Below the pieces are notes generated by a model. That model worked only from the letters and a program-made list of their open reading frames with translations, searched no databases and was not told the DNA's origin. Both the position numbers and the translations under genes were made by a program. 64,000 nucleotides of DNA from Heteronotia binoei (Eukaryota), in contig NC_083235.1 of assembly GCF_032191835.1 (NCBI RefSeq), forward strand, positions 29,636,001 to 29,700,000, given 5' to 3'. Positions 26,187-39,393 of the stretch are shown piece by piece. Each line of letters begins with the position of its first letter. Within the stretch, counting starts at the first letter, position 1.

Positions 26187-27092
26187 TTAGCTACAGATCT
26201 TGTCAAAAATCATGAACAACAACAAAAACATAAAAAAAAAACAACGAGGAGGGGAGGTGGACGGGTGTCCATCATCTGCCCCCAAACCCCATCCTTCAGG
26301 GCTCTTGTCTTCATTGTCATCCACCGGCACTCCCCCCCCTCCCCAAATCTAATTCTGTTCCTTAGCCCTGCTGCCCATTAAAACCCCGCAGCACAGTGAG
26401 AGAGGGAGGGGAGGCGGCTGGGGTTTAATTGAAAGCCTGTCCCCATCTTATTTGCAAAGATTCAAAATGTCTTGGCTTTAATTATTTCTCCAAACTTAAA
26501 AAAAAATCCAATTAGATCTTTCCTCCAACGTGGCTTTAATTACTAAGAAGAGACACTCCTTCTCACACACGATGAAGGCAAGCCACTCCATAAATCCCTA
26601 TTTTCCAAACCTGTTATTGGACAAGACATTTTGCATTTTTTCCTCCCCCTTCATAAAAATGCCCTTGCTCACCTCTCAGGGATATATACATATATGTGGT
26701 GTGTGTATGTATATATATATGTACATATATATATACGGGGCACAGCATATAGAATATACTGGACTATATATATAAATACACACACTCACATCCCAGTTCT
26801 ATTCTGTCCTTCAATTCCAACCCCCCCCCCCTTCCAAGAAAAAAAAATCAAAGCCGAATGCACTTTATTATAGATATTTTACACTCTCGAAGTCTTTTAA
26901 TTAGAAAGAGCATAACAAGCCATATTTGCTTGCAACAACTTAACAAATAAAAGGCCTGTAGCGGCAACTGTGAGGAAGCTATATTATTGTTTTTATGGGG
27001 CCATAAAAAGTAGCTGAGCCTGTTCTGCTGGGGAGACGGTCGTAAAGATGGTTCAGTTTATTTAATTTATCTCTGCAAGCTGTAAAACTTAC

Positions 27093-27492
27093 CACTGTGG
27101 GAGTTCATGCGCTGCATCCACGGGTATATCTGAATGCTAGTTTTCTGTTCCTGGGATGTGCTCCTGTTTTGATCCCCTGTAAAATCCTGTGCAATGGAAG
27201 TTTGTGTATTGTGTCCCATAGAATTTTGCCTGCAGCTAGAAAGCATGTCTTTTTCTTGATAAAAGGCATTAGATCCGTAATCATAGGGTCCTCGACTGGA
27301 GCTAAAGACAACGTTATCTTGCGGTGAATAAAAAGGAGATGAATAGATCCTGTTTTGAGCAACCGCGGCTCCATAAGTTGAAAAATGCCTTACAGGGTCA
27401 TAGGCAGTGGAATTGAGAGCCACGTTGGGCAGCACCTCTTGACCACTGGTGAGGTGGCAGGACAACGACGGGTTTGTGAAATAGGAATTCAT
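27093..27492 (-). CDS. HOXC6: Homeobox protein Hox-C6, coding exon 1
   Basis: ATG at 27492 begins [14 protein letters not shown]...[14 protein letters not shown]...[12 protein letters not shown]. Donor G|GTAAG at 27093. 400+311 nt gives 236 aa plus stop. Confidence 0.98.
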
Positions 27493-27660
27493 ATCTTCCC
27501 CCCTATACCTGGCTGTATGATTTCTTTAATATTTATTTCTGTCTCCAGTTTGTAGTCTGAACTAGATTGTTATAGGGACGGCTCCACTCCAGGACAGACA
27601 AAATGACAAAGTCAGCTGACCCGTTGTCAGCCAATAGGAAGCTAGATGTCAAGACACGGA
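27493..27660 (-). promoter_or_regulatory. Hoxc6 proximal promoter and 5'UTR
   Basis: Leader TTTTGTCTGTCCTGGAGTGGAGCCGTCCCTATAACAATCTAG...ACAGAAATAAATATTAAAGAAATCATA closely resembles the human HOXC6 5'UTR as I recall it. CCAAT box at about 27631. Confidence 0.6.
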
Positions 27661-27809
27661 AAAATTGCTTTTGCTTGTGTTGATTCCCCAGTTGAAACTA
27701 AGTATGCATTGAAAGTAAGTCTCGAAATTCTAAATATAAGATGGTTTAGAAGAAGAAGGGGGGCGGAAGAGTAAGTGTGGTTCTGAGGGGGAGGGGTGGG
27801 AGAAAGAGA

Positions 27810-27950
27810 NNNNNNNNNNNNNNNNNNNNNNNNNNNNNNNNNNNNNNNNNNNNNNNNNNNNNNNNNNNNNNNNNNNNNNNNNNNNNNNNNNNNNNNNNNN
27901 NNNNNNNNNNNNNNNNNNNNNNNNNNNNNNNNNNNNNNNNNNNNNNNNNN
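27810..27950. other. Assembly gap (N run)
   Basis: Run of N. Confidence 0.99.
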
Positions 27951-30305
27951 ATACTTTTAAAAAATTAAATGATTGTAGGATATTTGGTTTCCCCCACCTC
28001 CCAGTGCTTGCTTAATATCTAGCTACCCAAATAGCCCAGAAATTATAGCCATAAATCTCAAGTGTGCATAAAATATTAAACCATAAATTCTCTTTCCCTC
28101 CACTAATTTACTGTTGGTCAATAAATGTGGAATCAAGTGCTTGTGTTCCTTACAGGACCATCTTGAAAGGGGGAGATGGAAACAGGATGACAACAGGGCA
28201 GATACTCTCTGTATGTGTGTCTTTTAGAGCATTTCTGTACTTCACAATTTTAAGAACTTTGCAGTCCCTTCCTCCCTCCCTCCCCTCCCCCACACTCTCT
28301 CATACCCAGCCACAACATTCTGAGTTCACCTTAAACCTTCTCTTTTCACACATTCTGACTGTTCTGTTTTCAATCTCCGTTTAGTGATTTTAAAGAGAGT
28401 TTGGAAACTGCTGGTTGAATGTTTACGTGTCCACCATAAACTGCCTTCAAAGCTTGTGTTGTTCATTGGCAATGGAGGGTGTACGAAAGAGCAGCTCGTG
28501 TTTACTTTTGTCCCCCAAGAAACCCTAAAAACGACCCCCACCCACCCACCATCCACCCACTATTTATGACTCCAGATCACTGTAGCTGATAAGACAACTT
28601 CCCTTGAAATGTTTCGTTAGATTAGAGAGGGGATTATATTTTTCCTCCCGCGCGGATTTGTGCCGAAGCACTAATTGAAATGAAGACAGCAAATCTAATT
28701 TTAATTTCAATCCAGCGCCATAAATTGTTCCTTCAATGTAAAATATACCTGCTGATCTGTAAATACAGCCAGACTCCTTCAGCATTCCACTGGCTGGCTA
28801 TTTAAAAATTCAATTAGGGCGAGGAAACCTTGGCCTTATTTCCCATGGACTTGTTTGAGGACTTTTGTGTTGTTTTGTGATTTTAAAGGTAATAATTGGT
28901 GTGCATGAAATGAAATCCGATGAATATCTGGCAAAATGTAGAGTATTTCTCAATGGGTTTGCCTCTAAATGAATCAATACTTTTCAGATTCCTCTAAGGG
29001 GGAACATCTCGAGCAGATTTTAGTTGGGAATGAAGGGGAACACACAACCCTCCGCCCCCACCCCCACGCCCTGCTTTAACAGAAACCCGGATGCCAAAGG
29101 ATTTTATGATCTTTTTCCTCTGTGCAACAAAGCAATCAATGGTAGTCATAAAACCATAAACGAGACTACAGCTGACAAAAAAGGGTCTCGAGGATTCATC
29201 TTGTACAACATTAAGCATTGCTGGAGTGCTAGTATGGGGGAGAAAAGCTGAAGTTTCCACCTCTTTTTTTCTTTATATATATTTTTTTAAAATGAGGGAA
29301 CATAAAAAGACTGCAAGGAAGTATGGTGCTTGTTGTAAAGCTCAGCTCTCCCATTTGAAAGGGGTATGTCTGCTCTCCTGCAGCAACTGTCATCCAAACT
29401 TGTACACATTGCAGACAGGAACACAGGGCGCCCAGTATGCAGATTTGGGGAGATTCTGTCGGATTTGTTTTCGTTTCTTCTCTCGCTTGTTCAGCTCTCT
29501 ACCGCATTATTGACAGTGAATCTAGGCTCTCACCCACCCACCCCTGCTTCTCTAGGAGAGGGGAAGGCACCATAAGGTAACCCCCACCCCTTACCCAGTC
29601 AGAGAGATATACATAACAATGTGTTCAGTGTGCCTTTACATATAGGCATGTGTACACATAGACAGTAGGTCAGGAGACAGACAGACAAACAAACATAGGA
29701 CATCGAGAAGACAATGGCATTCATTCCAATCCAAATTGCTCTGAAAATCAGCGGTATTTATTGGAAAGTTTGGAAGACTTTTGTGCACAATCAACCCGAA
29801 TTCAGAGCCCCACAGACACCTCCCTCCAATGAATGTTTGAGAATCCCCTCTCCTATATACCTGTGTGCTTGTTTGTATTTAGACTAGGCAGCAACCAACA
29901 ACAAGAAGAAGAGCCTCCAATGTATTAATGAACAGACTCCTGGCCTTTGTGTGTTGGACGGGGGAATCTCAAGTTTGTTATACTTTTTTTTTTAAGTCCT
30001 AATCTTAGGGATTCAGGATTTTGGTCCAAGGGTCTGGAGTCTTTCATCCAGGTCCTGTTTTGGAGCGACCTGTGTAACTACCAAGTGACTTGGAGTGGAG
30101 AAAGCTAAGTGTTTTATTACTTTTTCTAAACAGAAGAGAAGATGTAAAAGTCTGGTGGAATTATAGGGAAGAGAAACAGCTGGCGAAAAGAAACCCCAGT
30201 ATAGGAATGTTCTGCTCTTCAAATTTGGTTGGGTGGGAAAATAGGGGCAAGAAAATAAATGGATGCAAACAGGGTCGGGTACACTCTTCCATCAAGTGTT
30301 GTTAA

Positions 30306-30501
30306 NNNNNNNNNNNNNNNNNNNNNNNNNNNNNNNNNNNNNNNNNNNNNNNNNNNNNNNNNNNNNNNNNNNNNNNNNNNNNNNNNNNNNNNNNNNNNNN
30401 NNNNNNNNNNNNNNNNNNNNNNNNNNNNNNNNNNNNNNNNNNNNNNNNNNNNNNNNNNNNNNNNNNNNNNNNNNNNNNNNNNNNNNNNNNNNNNNNNNNN
30501 N
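30306..30501. other. Assembly gap (N run)
   Basis: Run of N. Confidence 0.99.
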
Positions 30502-33500
30502 CCCTCCTTTGCCTTTCTACCTCTGGGGGGATTGTGCAGGGAAATGTATAGGTCTCTTTCTGGTTAAATTGGTCTGCAAACAATTATGTAAACTCATCAG
30601 CAGAAGCAAGAACAGATGTTTTATTAAAACTGCTACACAACAGTGAAAATATGCGCAAGTCCTCGAGTAGATCTTTAATAGCAGTTGGGTCTCTCTCCCC
30701 CACCCCCCACGCTGCCCCCTGCAGTTAAAAAGCCCACAGAAAGCTGCAATAACATCCCCAGACTCATAAGCTGCTTTCTCTTTTTGTTTTTTACCCCGGA
30801 TTTTACCCCACACTGATGTTAAGGGGGGGGGGGCATGCCTCCTTAGAATTCTCTCTCTCTCCTGTAATTAGCAAATTGAACTGATTTAAAGAAAGGCTCC
30901 AAAATGCACACTCAGCACATGTGTTTTCTATCCCACTAATTGCTGAAAGGAAGCAAGAGCAATCCTTGAATGTCCCCCCCCCCCCCCTCAGCAGCTTGGC
31001 ACCTCCCCCCAGGAAGATGCTGTCCGATTTTGATTTTGTTTTAAAAATGGAGAATCCAGACCTGTTTGTTTGCTTGTCTGCCTATTTGTTTGTATCAAAA
31101 AGAGAGTGGCTTGAGGACGGGGTAGGGTTGGCGGTTAATGAGAAGGCGATCAGCTGAGACAGTTTGAACACAAGTGGAGCCCTTCCCCCCTCCCCAAGCT
31201 CCCCAATTTCTCGCCCAGACTGTTGCCTGGGTGTAGAAAACTGCTTGTCCATAAACGCAGGCTTTTGTGTCTGGCTGGGTTTAAATCTGCATCTAAAATT
31301 GCCCGGGGTCAACTGCATTTGTTGACTGTTCATGTGTTGGGTTAAACTGGCACGCTGGTTTGGGAATAGTTCGTTTTTCAGGAATAGAATGCAAAGAACT
31401 TCCTTCACTCACAAGCATCCCTTGCCTCTCACGTGCGCTCATGCATGTTTACCCGATGAATCTCAGCCTGTCCAGTTATGCCCCTACGAATATATACCGC
31501 TTGCAGAACAAAAAGGCAAAGTAACGTGTGGACGCGTTTCTATGTACGCGGGTGCGTGAGTGAAATGAGAGGCACACGTTTCCAAAGTGAGCGAGAAAGT
31601 GGTTCGCTTTCCCTCCCCCCTTAAGAAAACGATTTATATTCAGATATAAAAAGCACTGAAAAAGACAATCTACCGATAAAGCCAAATCACAAATAAGTCT
31701 GGCATGAGGTCATCCTCTCCAAAGGGCGGAAAACCCAGGCTCTTTCCTAGGTGTCCTGTGTAAATACACGTGGTGCCTTCAGCTGCATACCTCGTTGGAG
31801 CTGATCTCACCTTATATATGTTATCTCGGCCTTTTTCGACTTGACATTTATTACAGGCAGGAGCTTCTCGCCTTGTAATTATTTATTTAGAGCGTTTGCA
31901 CTCGACTTCTCTCTGCTCCTACAGAACAACCTTCTTAATCAAACCTTGCTTCTGCCCGTAAATAACCGGGGGGGGGGAAGGGGGGAAAAGCCAACTCAGA
32001 ATACTGGCACAGAGAAACGCCACCAGCCAATTGCGCCTGACGGACCTGTTTGCTTTGTTGTGAACCGTCCCTTCTATTACAGTAATTACGATTATTTCCA
32101 GCCATGCAGACTACCGATTACAACCTGAGTTGTGGGTGCCCCCCACCCCTCTTTTTTAAAAACACAGGCTTGCTGCCATTGGGATTTCAATGCCCCCCAC
32201 CCCTCTTTTTTAAAAACACAGGCTTGCTGCCATTGGGATTGTAGACAAAAAAAAAATGCTTCTCAGAGGACGAAAGTTTAAGAGACGGCCAAACAAACCA
32301 TTTCTGTTGACAAAGATACACACAGAAAGAAGCAGTAATCATGGCAAGCCATGGCTTACCCCAGTCCTGTCCCCCGCCCGATCCTTCCACGATTTTCCTC
32401 TCCTGTCGTATAAACTCCGTTTCTGAGGTTCTGCCTGTAACTTTCTAACTAGCTGTGGCTGGAAGGAGAAAGAGCCCCAAACGGTCCATTGAAAATAGGC
32501 TATAGTCTTCTAGTCAACGTGGAGTCTCCTGTTTGCCCTGCTATGGCTACAGGAGGGATTAAAAAAAACAAAACAAAACATTTTCTAACTTCCAGGTAGT
32601 TTGAAAAATCATTTTGGCCTCCGTCCCGTCCATCTCGCCCTGCAATGCTTTGCGCACTTCCCAAAAGTATGAGGTCCCTTCCCAGTTCTAACCTTGAACA
32701 TTGCAGAAGCCGAACCTTTACTCGAAAGGAATCCCAGTGGTAACCAGCGGGCTTATTCGAGAACGGAGAAAAGAGCGTGGAAGGGTGGAGCGGGGCAGAA
32801 TCGGGGGTTTTATTTTTCGAGTTGGGAAACGCCATGCCCTAATCCTGGGGCACGTTTTGGGAAGGGAGAGAGGAGGTGGGAATTCTGGAACGGGTCAAAA
32901 CTCAGGTCTGCGAAGGGCCAAACAATTGTGGCTGGAAGAGCGGGGGGGGGGGGGTGGGAGAAATGCCTTTAATACTTTCCCCTATCGATTGCTTTCCTGC
33001 TGCTAATAAGGATTCAAGTTCCTTTTCTGACGTTCTCCAGCATTTATGCAGATCCCTCCCGCCAGATCAATAGGTTTGCTGACGCCTAACCCATTCGCGC
33101 CATGGACGTTTTCCTCGTTTATGTGTTTGTTTGTCTGCTTATTTATTTCTCCCTTTCTTTTTTTTTTCTTTCTTGTCTTCTCATTCCAGATTTCTTGCTT
33201 CCTCCTCATCCTTCCCCAAGGTTCGAAAAATCTTCCGGGCTCGCAGGCAGAACTTCGCCAGTAACCACCTACGGTTGTCCAAAGTGCTTTCTGTTTTTAA
33301 CCCGCCCCAGTCCAGGCTCGCAAGGTTCCAAATCGGTTAAAGCACTTCGTCGCCCTCGAGAACTGGGAACGTGTTTCTATGGAGTAAATTTTGAGATTGG
33401 AGCGGGGGGAAGGGGGAAGAGAGAATTCAAAGTCTGCCTACCTAAAAATATTTACTAGTTACTGCTTCTTTTTAAATATTCCTTATGTTTTGGAACTATA

Positions 33501-34870
33501 CGGGGCCTAACAGTTCAGGGGGTAACAATATTATTGGTTGCTTTGAATCGTTGGAGGATTGGTTTTTTGTGGTGGTGGTTAGCTCCTGTGGAATGTCTGT
33601 TATAGCCCAATAGCCTTGCCAACTTCACCAAAAGGATGTTCAGTTTCGAGAAACTTTATGGTTGACTCGGATTGCTCCGTTTTATGGCACGGAAATGTGC
33701 TCTGCAATGATTCCCCCCTTCCCTTTTGACATTCAGGAGAGTTGCGGTCCTGACGTCACGCCGAGTTGTCATGGAGAACAGCTACCGGCTTAAAAATTAT
33801 AAAGCGTGATATTATATAGAGCTGTATAAAATATGGATATAAGGAACTACTTACGCCCGCGAACAGATTAAACGAAGAAGAATACGATTTTAATACGTTC
33901 AGGAAGAATAATTCAACGATGAGAAATGGTTGTCATTATCTATGAGTTCTTATTTTATTTTATTGTTTGCACATGGGGGTGGGGGAGAGGGAAAAATTAA
34001 TCTTGGGACGCCGGGAGAGAGAGAGAAGAAACAATAAGTCAGGACAGGATATTATTTGCCTTAATGATGTGTATTTTTAAAAGAAGTGATCGCTTAGAAA
34101 GTATTAAACGGTATATTTGAAGAGGCTTTATTTCCCCCCACTTTGGAAACACACCGTCCATTTGTATTGCCTTTAATGGAGTTAGAATTTAATATTTGGA
34201 GATCTGCTTAAACACACTCGTATTTGCCTTCCAGAGTGGAGGGGAGGTGTTTCCCATATTTTTTTAAACTTTTCAAAAATTTATTGAGAAATTTCAGAGA
34301 TATACAGAAGTGTCTTCCATGTTTTTAATTAATATTTCCACGCTGGGAAGGATTGAAGACCCTGCATTGGGGGGGGGGCAGAAAAAAAACCCCAGACAGC
34401 GGGGGTGGGGGGAGAGGGAAGCCATGAAGATATTCCCCATGAATAGCTCCCCTCTCAAACCACCGACTGCCAAACAGCTTCGGGAGACCAAACTTCCTAA
34501 GAAGTCCTAAGTATCCGTCCAGCACCTTAATAGGGGGGCTGTTGAGGCGGCGGCAAAAGGAACAGAGGCGAGGAGACCGCCCTCAGCTTTGAAAGTAGTA
34601 AAAAGTCTGCACGATTCCGGCCTTTATGGCAGACCAGTCTTCCTCCACCACCACCCCCGCACTGAAATAACCTTATTTTTGTCTAACTCTTTCTCTCCCC
34701 CACACCCTGTCTCCACCCACCCTCATGCTAGAAAGAAAAAAAAAGGGGGGGGGGGGAGGAAGAGTGAGACACCAAATTGGAAAAGTGTTGGCTTGCCAAG
34801 TTTCAGTCACTTGGTGGCAGTATATAAAACAAGTAAACAACAAAAGAGAGAAATTAAAAAGAAGGGACAG

Positions 34871-34872
<2 letters not shown>

Positions 34873-34906
<34 letters not shown>
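34873..34906. repeat. (AT)n microsatellite
   Basis: 17 AT units, read directly. Confidence 0.95.
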
Positions 34907-34909
<3 letters not shown>

Positions 34910-35237
34910 GTCAAAGTTCCCACTCTCGAGAAAAGACAATATAAAGGGGTTTGGGGTTTAGGCGTGTGTCTGTGCCCGCCTGTGCTCCCAACATCTACGA
35001 TCCTACAAAACAAGAAGGGAAATCTGCCAAACAATCCGTGTCAATCGAGAGCACAGGGAGGATACACAAGTCGAGGTCCAAGACCAATATGGCCTATTAT
35101 TGATATTGTTTTTTTAATATTCGAGTGACTCTCAAACCAACAGCCTTTGACTGCGCTGGCCCAAAGCCACCTTGGTCGGCACCAACCGACTTCGCTTACA
35201 ACTTTGTAAGCGGCTGGAACCATGGAAAAGTTTCTCT

Positions 35238-35387
35238 GGCTAATTTCACACACATTGGATAACGCACTTCCAATGTGCTTTGCAGTGGTTGGCGAGGAGG
35301 TTTTCCCCTTTCTCGCCGGAGAATCCAGCTGCAAAGGATTGCTAAAGCACACTGGAAGTGCATTATCCAAGGCGTGTGAACTTATTG
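35238..35387. mobile_element. Palindromic MITE-like element (about 150 bp foldback)
   Basis: Left arm ggctaatttcacacacattggataacgcacttccaatgtgctttgca pairs with right arm tgctaaagcacactggaagtgcattatccaaggcgtgtgaacttattg (about 38/48 identical), with inner pairing ggcgag/ctcgcc. The termini are decayed and there is no clear TSD, so the superfamily is unassigned. Confidence 0.7.
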
Positions 35388-35872
35388 ACTGTTTGGATTT
35401 AGACGCCGGGTAGTCTGTCTGTGCAGCCCTACAGAGAGTCACTCTAGCCATCTATTTCGGTGAGTTTAGACCGCAGCAGCTCGGCCTAGGATTTTGACTG
35501 CAGCAACTTAGCCTAGGATCAGACTGCGTTTCTATTGAGTTCTGTTCATGACGTGGGAAAGTTGAGCTGCGGCCTGCCTCAAAGTGCTTGCCACGATCTT
35601 AGGTAAGTGTCGCAAAAGTGGCTCTTTTGTAGCGTTTGAACTCAATGGATGCTGGTAGAGGCACACACCCTATTTGCCCACTAGTTTGTTAGTAGACAAC
35701 TTCATGTTGTATACACCACTGGCAGGGACTGGTCTACACACACAATTCCTGAAAATCAGGCTCGTTCACTAGACGATCTCGAACTGGCTATGACCTGAGA
35801 CATGATTGCGTAACAACTGGGTCTCTATAGTAGTGCTCGGAACAGCCCACCTCCGTCTCTTTTTGCCCTGCT

Positions 35873-36085
35873 CAGTGTTCCCTCTAAGCTGAGTTAGCGT
35901 GAGCTAGCCCACATATTTTTAGCTTCCAGCTCACACAATTTTGTCTTAGCTCGGGAAGGATGACCCCAGAGCACAATAATTTATGCAGCAGCTCACAACT
36001 TTAACTCACAATACCAGCTTTAATACCAGTAGCTCACAAAATAGAATTTTTGCTCACAAGACTCTGCAGCTTAGAGGGGACCTTG
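35873..36085 (+). mobile_element. Non-autonomous hAT-type DNA transposon (MITE), copy 2, 213 bp
   Basis: TIRs cagtgttccctctaagctg ... cagcttagaggggaccttg. Perfect 8-bp TSD gccctgct (35865-72 and 36086-93). Same family as 12758-12925. Confidence 0.93.
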
Positions 36086-36934
36086 GCCCTGCTCTCCGCT
36101 GGAAAATAAATACAGAATTGCCAGGGGAAAGCGGTTGGAGCACTTGAACTTTCGTAGAGCAGTAGACCCGTTTCTCCAGACAGCCTGCTCTCAGAATTCA
36201 CCACCAGGACCCCTTTCCAAAGCTACACGTGCCGGTCCCACCAAAGCATGGGACACAATGCAGCGATGGCTGCAAGGGCCCCCAAACTCAAGCCAGTTTT
36301 TCTGCAGGACCCTCAACGCCCAGACTGCTTCCCAAAGGAAGGCGGGAGGATGGGGAGCAGGGCGGAAATGCAGCGCGTCACGTCTGAAGGCAGAGATGAA
36401 ACTGCAGAGGGGAAGCCATGTTTAGTCCCTTGCAGCCAAATAGAACAGAAGTCCGGTGGCACCTCAAAGACCGTCCACTTTCACTCCACCATGAGCTTTG
36501 GCGAGCTCTCACTCCACAAAGCTCCTGGCGGAATCAAAGACTTCGAGGTGACGCTGGACTTCTGTTTTCTAGATGAAACTGGCAAACACAGAATCGCCCC
36601 TCCCCTTTTAGCTCCCAAATACACTCCTTATACTCTTCACGGTCTCTTCTGCCTTTCTGTTTGAATATGCTTCCCACCGGTGGCTAAGCTTTTACAGTTC
36701 ACCGAAGCTTTGTTTTCTTAAAGAATAGCATAAATAAAACTACTAATTACAAATATTTATGTGCACGATCCGGCACACCGGACCGGAGATCTAAGCACGC
36801 ATTTCAGCCACCTCCCATTGAAACCAACGAGCCTTAAATTGGGAGGAAACCATGGCCTCCCCTCAGTTTCTGAAATACCAGGCTCCTGGGATCAGAGCAG
36901 CTCCTAACTCGGTGAAGCCAAACACTCATATTAA

Positions 36935-37117
36935 NNNNNNNNNNNNNNNNNNNNNNNNNNNNNNNNNNNNNNNNNNNNNNNNNNNNNNNNNNNNNNNNNN
37001 NNNNNNNNNNNNNNNNNNNNNNNNNNNNNNNNNNNNNNNNNNNNNNNNNNNNNNNNNNNNNNNNNNNNNNNNNNNNNNNNNNNNNNNNNNNNNNNNNNNN
37101 NNNNNNNNNNNNNNNNN
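36935..37117. other. Assembly gap (N run)
   Basis: Run of N. Confidence 0.99.
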
Positions 37118-38566
37118 AAATGGGTGTCAATGCCCCTTCTTCTTAGCAATAATTCAAGGGGAGTGCTTTTGATGTCCGATGCTACTGTTGCTTCTCCGTC
37201 AAATCCTAGTTTTCTCTTAGCAGCCTGGCTCTTCTGTTGCAACCCTAATTGTTCAAAGTTTGACCATTGATGGAGGAAACTAATCATGTCCCCCAGGCTT
37301 CCATACACATGTTTCCCTTTTCTCTCTCTCTGTCTCTCAGCCCCCCACCCCACCCCACTCCACACCGGGGGATGAAACAGGGGATATCACATGATTTCAA
37401 AGAGTGCCACCATTAGTATGCTTTTAAAAACTTTAGCTAATGATATTCTATTTCCTCCCACCCCCCAACCTTTCCCCTTCTCTCCGTTGAATGAATTAAA
37501 AACAAACAAACCCACCAGCCTATTGCTAGGAAATGTTATCGTGGTTACGGTTATGTCCTGGCTATCCCTTTGCACCAATTGGTTTTGCTGTTTTTAGTGT
37601 CATGACTCCCATTCTAATAAACATTTATATGATTGCTGCTGCCAAGTCAAATGTGTGTGTTGTTTTTTTCCCAGTGTTTCCCATTTATTGTAAGGTTTAT
37701 GATGCTCCTTCAGGGTTAAACGCTGCCTGCTAAGGCAGAATAACTTCAGCGGCAGTTACAAGATCGAATTTGGGTTGCAAACCATCAATTCTTCCCATTC
37801 GCAAGCGTGTATGTCAATAATTCGTCGGGCCTTTTCACTACTACTACTAGGACTCCTGGTCTTCCTGCGATATTCTAGATAAAAGAAGCCTAATCCATTT
37901 TCTTTTCATTCAGTCCGTAAAAATAGCAGAGAATATAAATCAGAACTGTGTTTCCTTTCTCTTCCCCCCGCACCCCCAATATCTACCGAAATGCTTTGAC
38001 TTTACGAACGACGGCAATATGTCAGTTTAAGGAGAAAATCAATACATTACAATGCGTTTTTGGATGGGCAACCCTTAGCCCGTAAGAGAGAGACGACTGT
38101 GGCTGAGGTCTGGAGGCAACAGACACAACAAATAAGATTTTGTAACCACAAAAAAGGCGAGTGAGTGAGATTCATTCGGTCACCAGAGCAGACCTAGCTC
38201 GACACGAGAAAAGTCCTGCTAAACCAAGAGAACATTCCAGCAACACCGTCGTTCAGATCGTCCCTTCAGATCATGCTCACCAAAAGCTCTTCACCACCAC
38301 TGTCATAAGACAACAACAACAGCACCCGCACATACTCAGGGGCATCCTGTGTGCTGCCCCGATCCTTTCCTCATTTCCTTGCAGGTAGATTACGTCACCC
38401 CAATAGCAACACCAGAGAAAGCGAAGCCATACTCATTGACCCGAGGGGACCTTACAGCCATTTTAATGCTCAAGGACTGCAGTCCCAAATAATTTACTCT
38501 CAAGTAAAGGCGTAGCTCGCAGAGGCGAGTCAATAGGCATAGGTCATGCCTCGGAAAACCGATCCT

Positions 38567-38695
38567 NNNNNNNNNNNNNNNNNNNNNNNNNNNNNNNNNN
38601 NNNNNNNNNNNNNNNNNNNNNNNNNNNNNNNNNNNNNNNNNNNNNNNNNNNNNNNNNNNNNNNNNNNNNNNNNNNNNNNNNNNNNNNNNNNNNNN
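38567..38695. other. Assembly gap (N run)
   Basis: Run of N. Confidence 0.99.
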
Positions 38696-39393
38696 ACACG
38701 GAGCACTTACCATCTGCAGTGTTTGTGCTTCTCTTATTTACAAGAAACCCATGGAGCTTGACTGGAGCTGTTGTCTCCCCTAAGAATCAAAAGGCAGGCA
38801 GGCAGGCACTACCGGGATGCATTTGATCAGATGTCTGAACGCCAACCCGCAGAATAAGGACAGCTTTACTTTTGCCACTTTTCCCCCCTTCCCAACATAA
38901 ACAATAGTCATTCATCCATTGCAACCCGCGGAGCAATCCAATTAGAACAGCGTAACCCTTCGAAAAGCCCCGCACCCCTTATCCTCAGTGGCAAATTTAA
39001 TAGCGACGAGGCCTTTATAAACCTGGATGCGGAGTGTGTTAAATATTTCATTAAGGGATCGAGCTGAAGGCCTTTAAAATGAGAGACAAACAGGGTGCAG
39101 TTGCAAAGATTTGCATTTCCACATATTGTATTAATAATTTGTAATAATTCAGGAAGGAACCTCGGTCTTTGTTCCCCCTCCCCCACCCCACTCCCCTTTT
39201 TTGACAGAAATGCGATTGTCTCAGCCTTCGTTTTGTTATTATTGTGTTTCGATTATTTCACAATCATTGGAAGGTTGCCCTGAGCAACGTGAAGTAAAGA
39301 AACCCATGTTCGTTAGCCAAAACAGTCTAGATAGGCCAATACATTTTGAAAAGCCATCTTTCTTTTGATGAGCCTGCGGTTATTAACAGATTA

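Noticed and set aside
30259-30646. ORFs spanning N gaps (also at 1.0, 27.8, 36.8-37.4, 38.4-39.7 and 54.8 kb)
   Set aside because: They stay open only because N codons are not stops.
34589-35128. 179-aa ORF and overlapping ORFs
   Set aside because: They are built from poly-A/G and (AT)n tracts (KKKKGGGG, YIYIYI) and show no protein-like signal.
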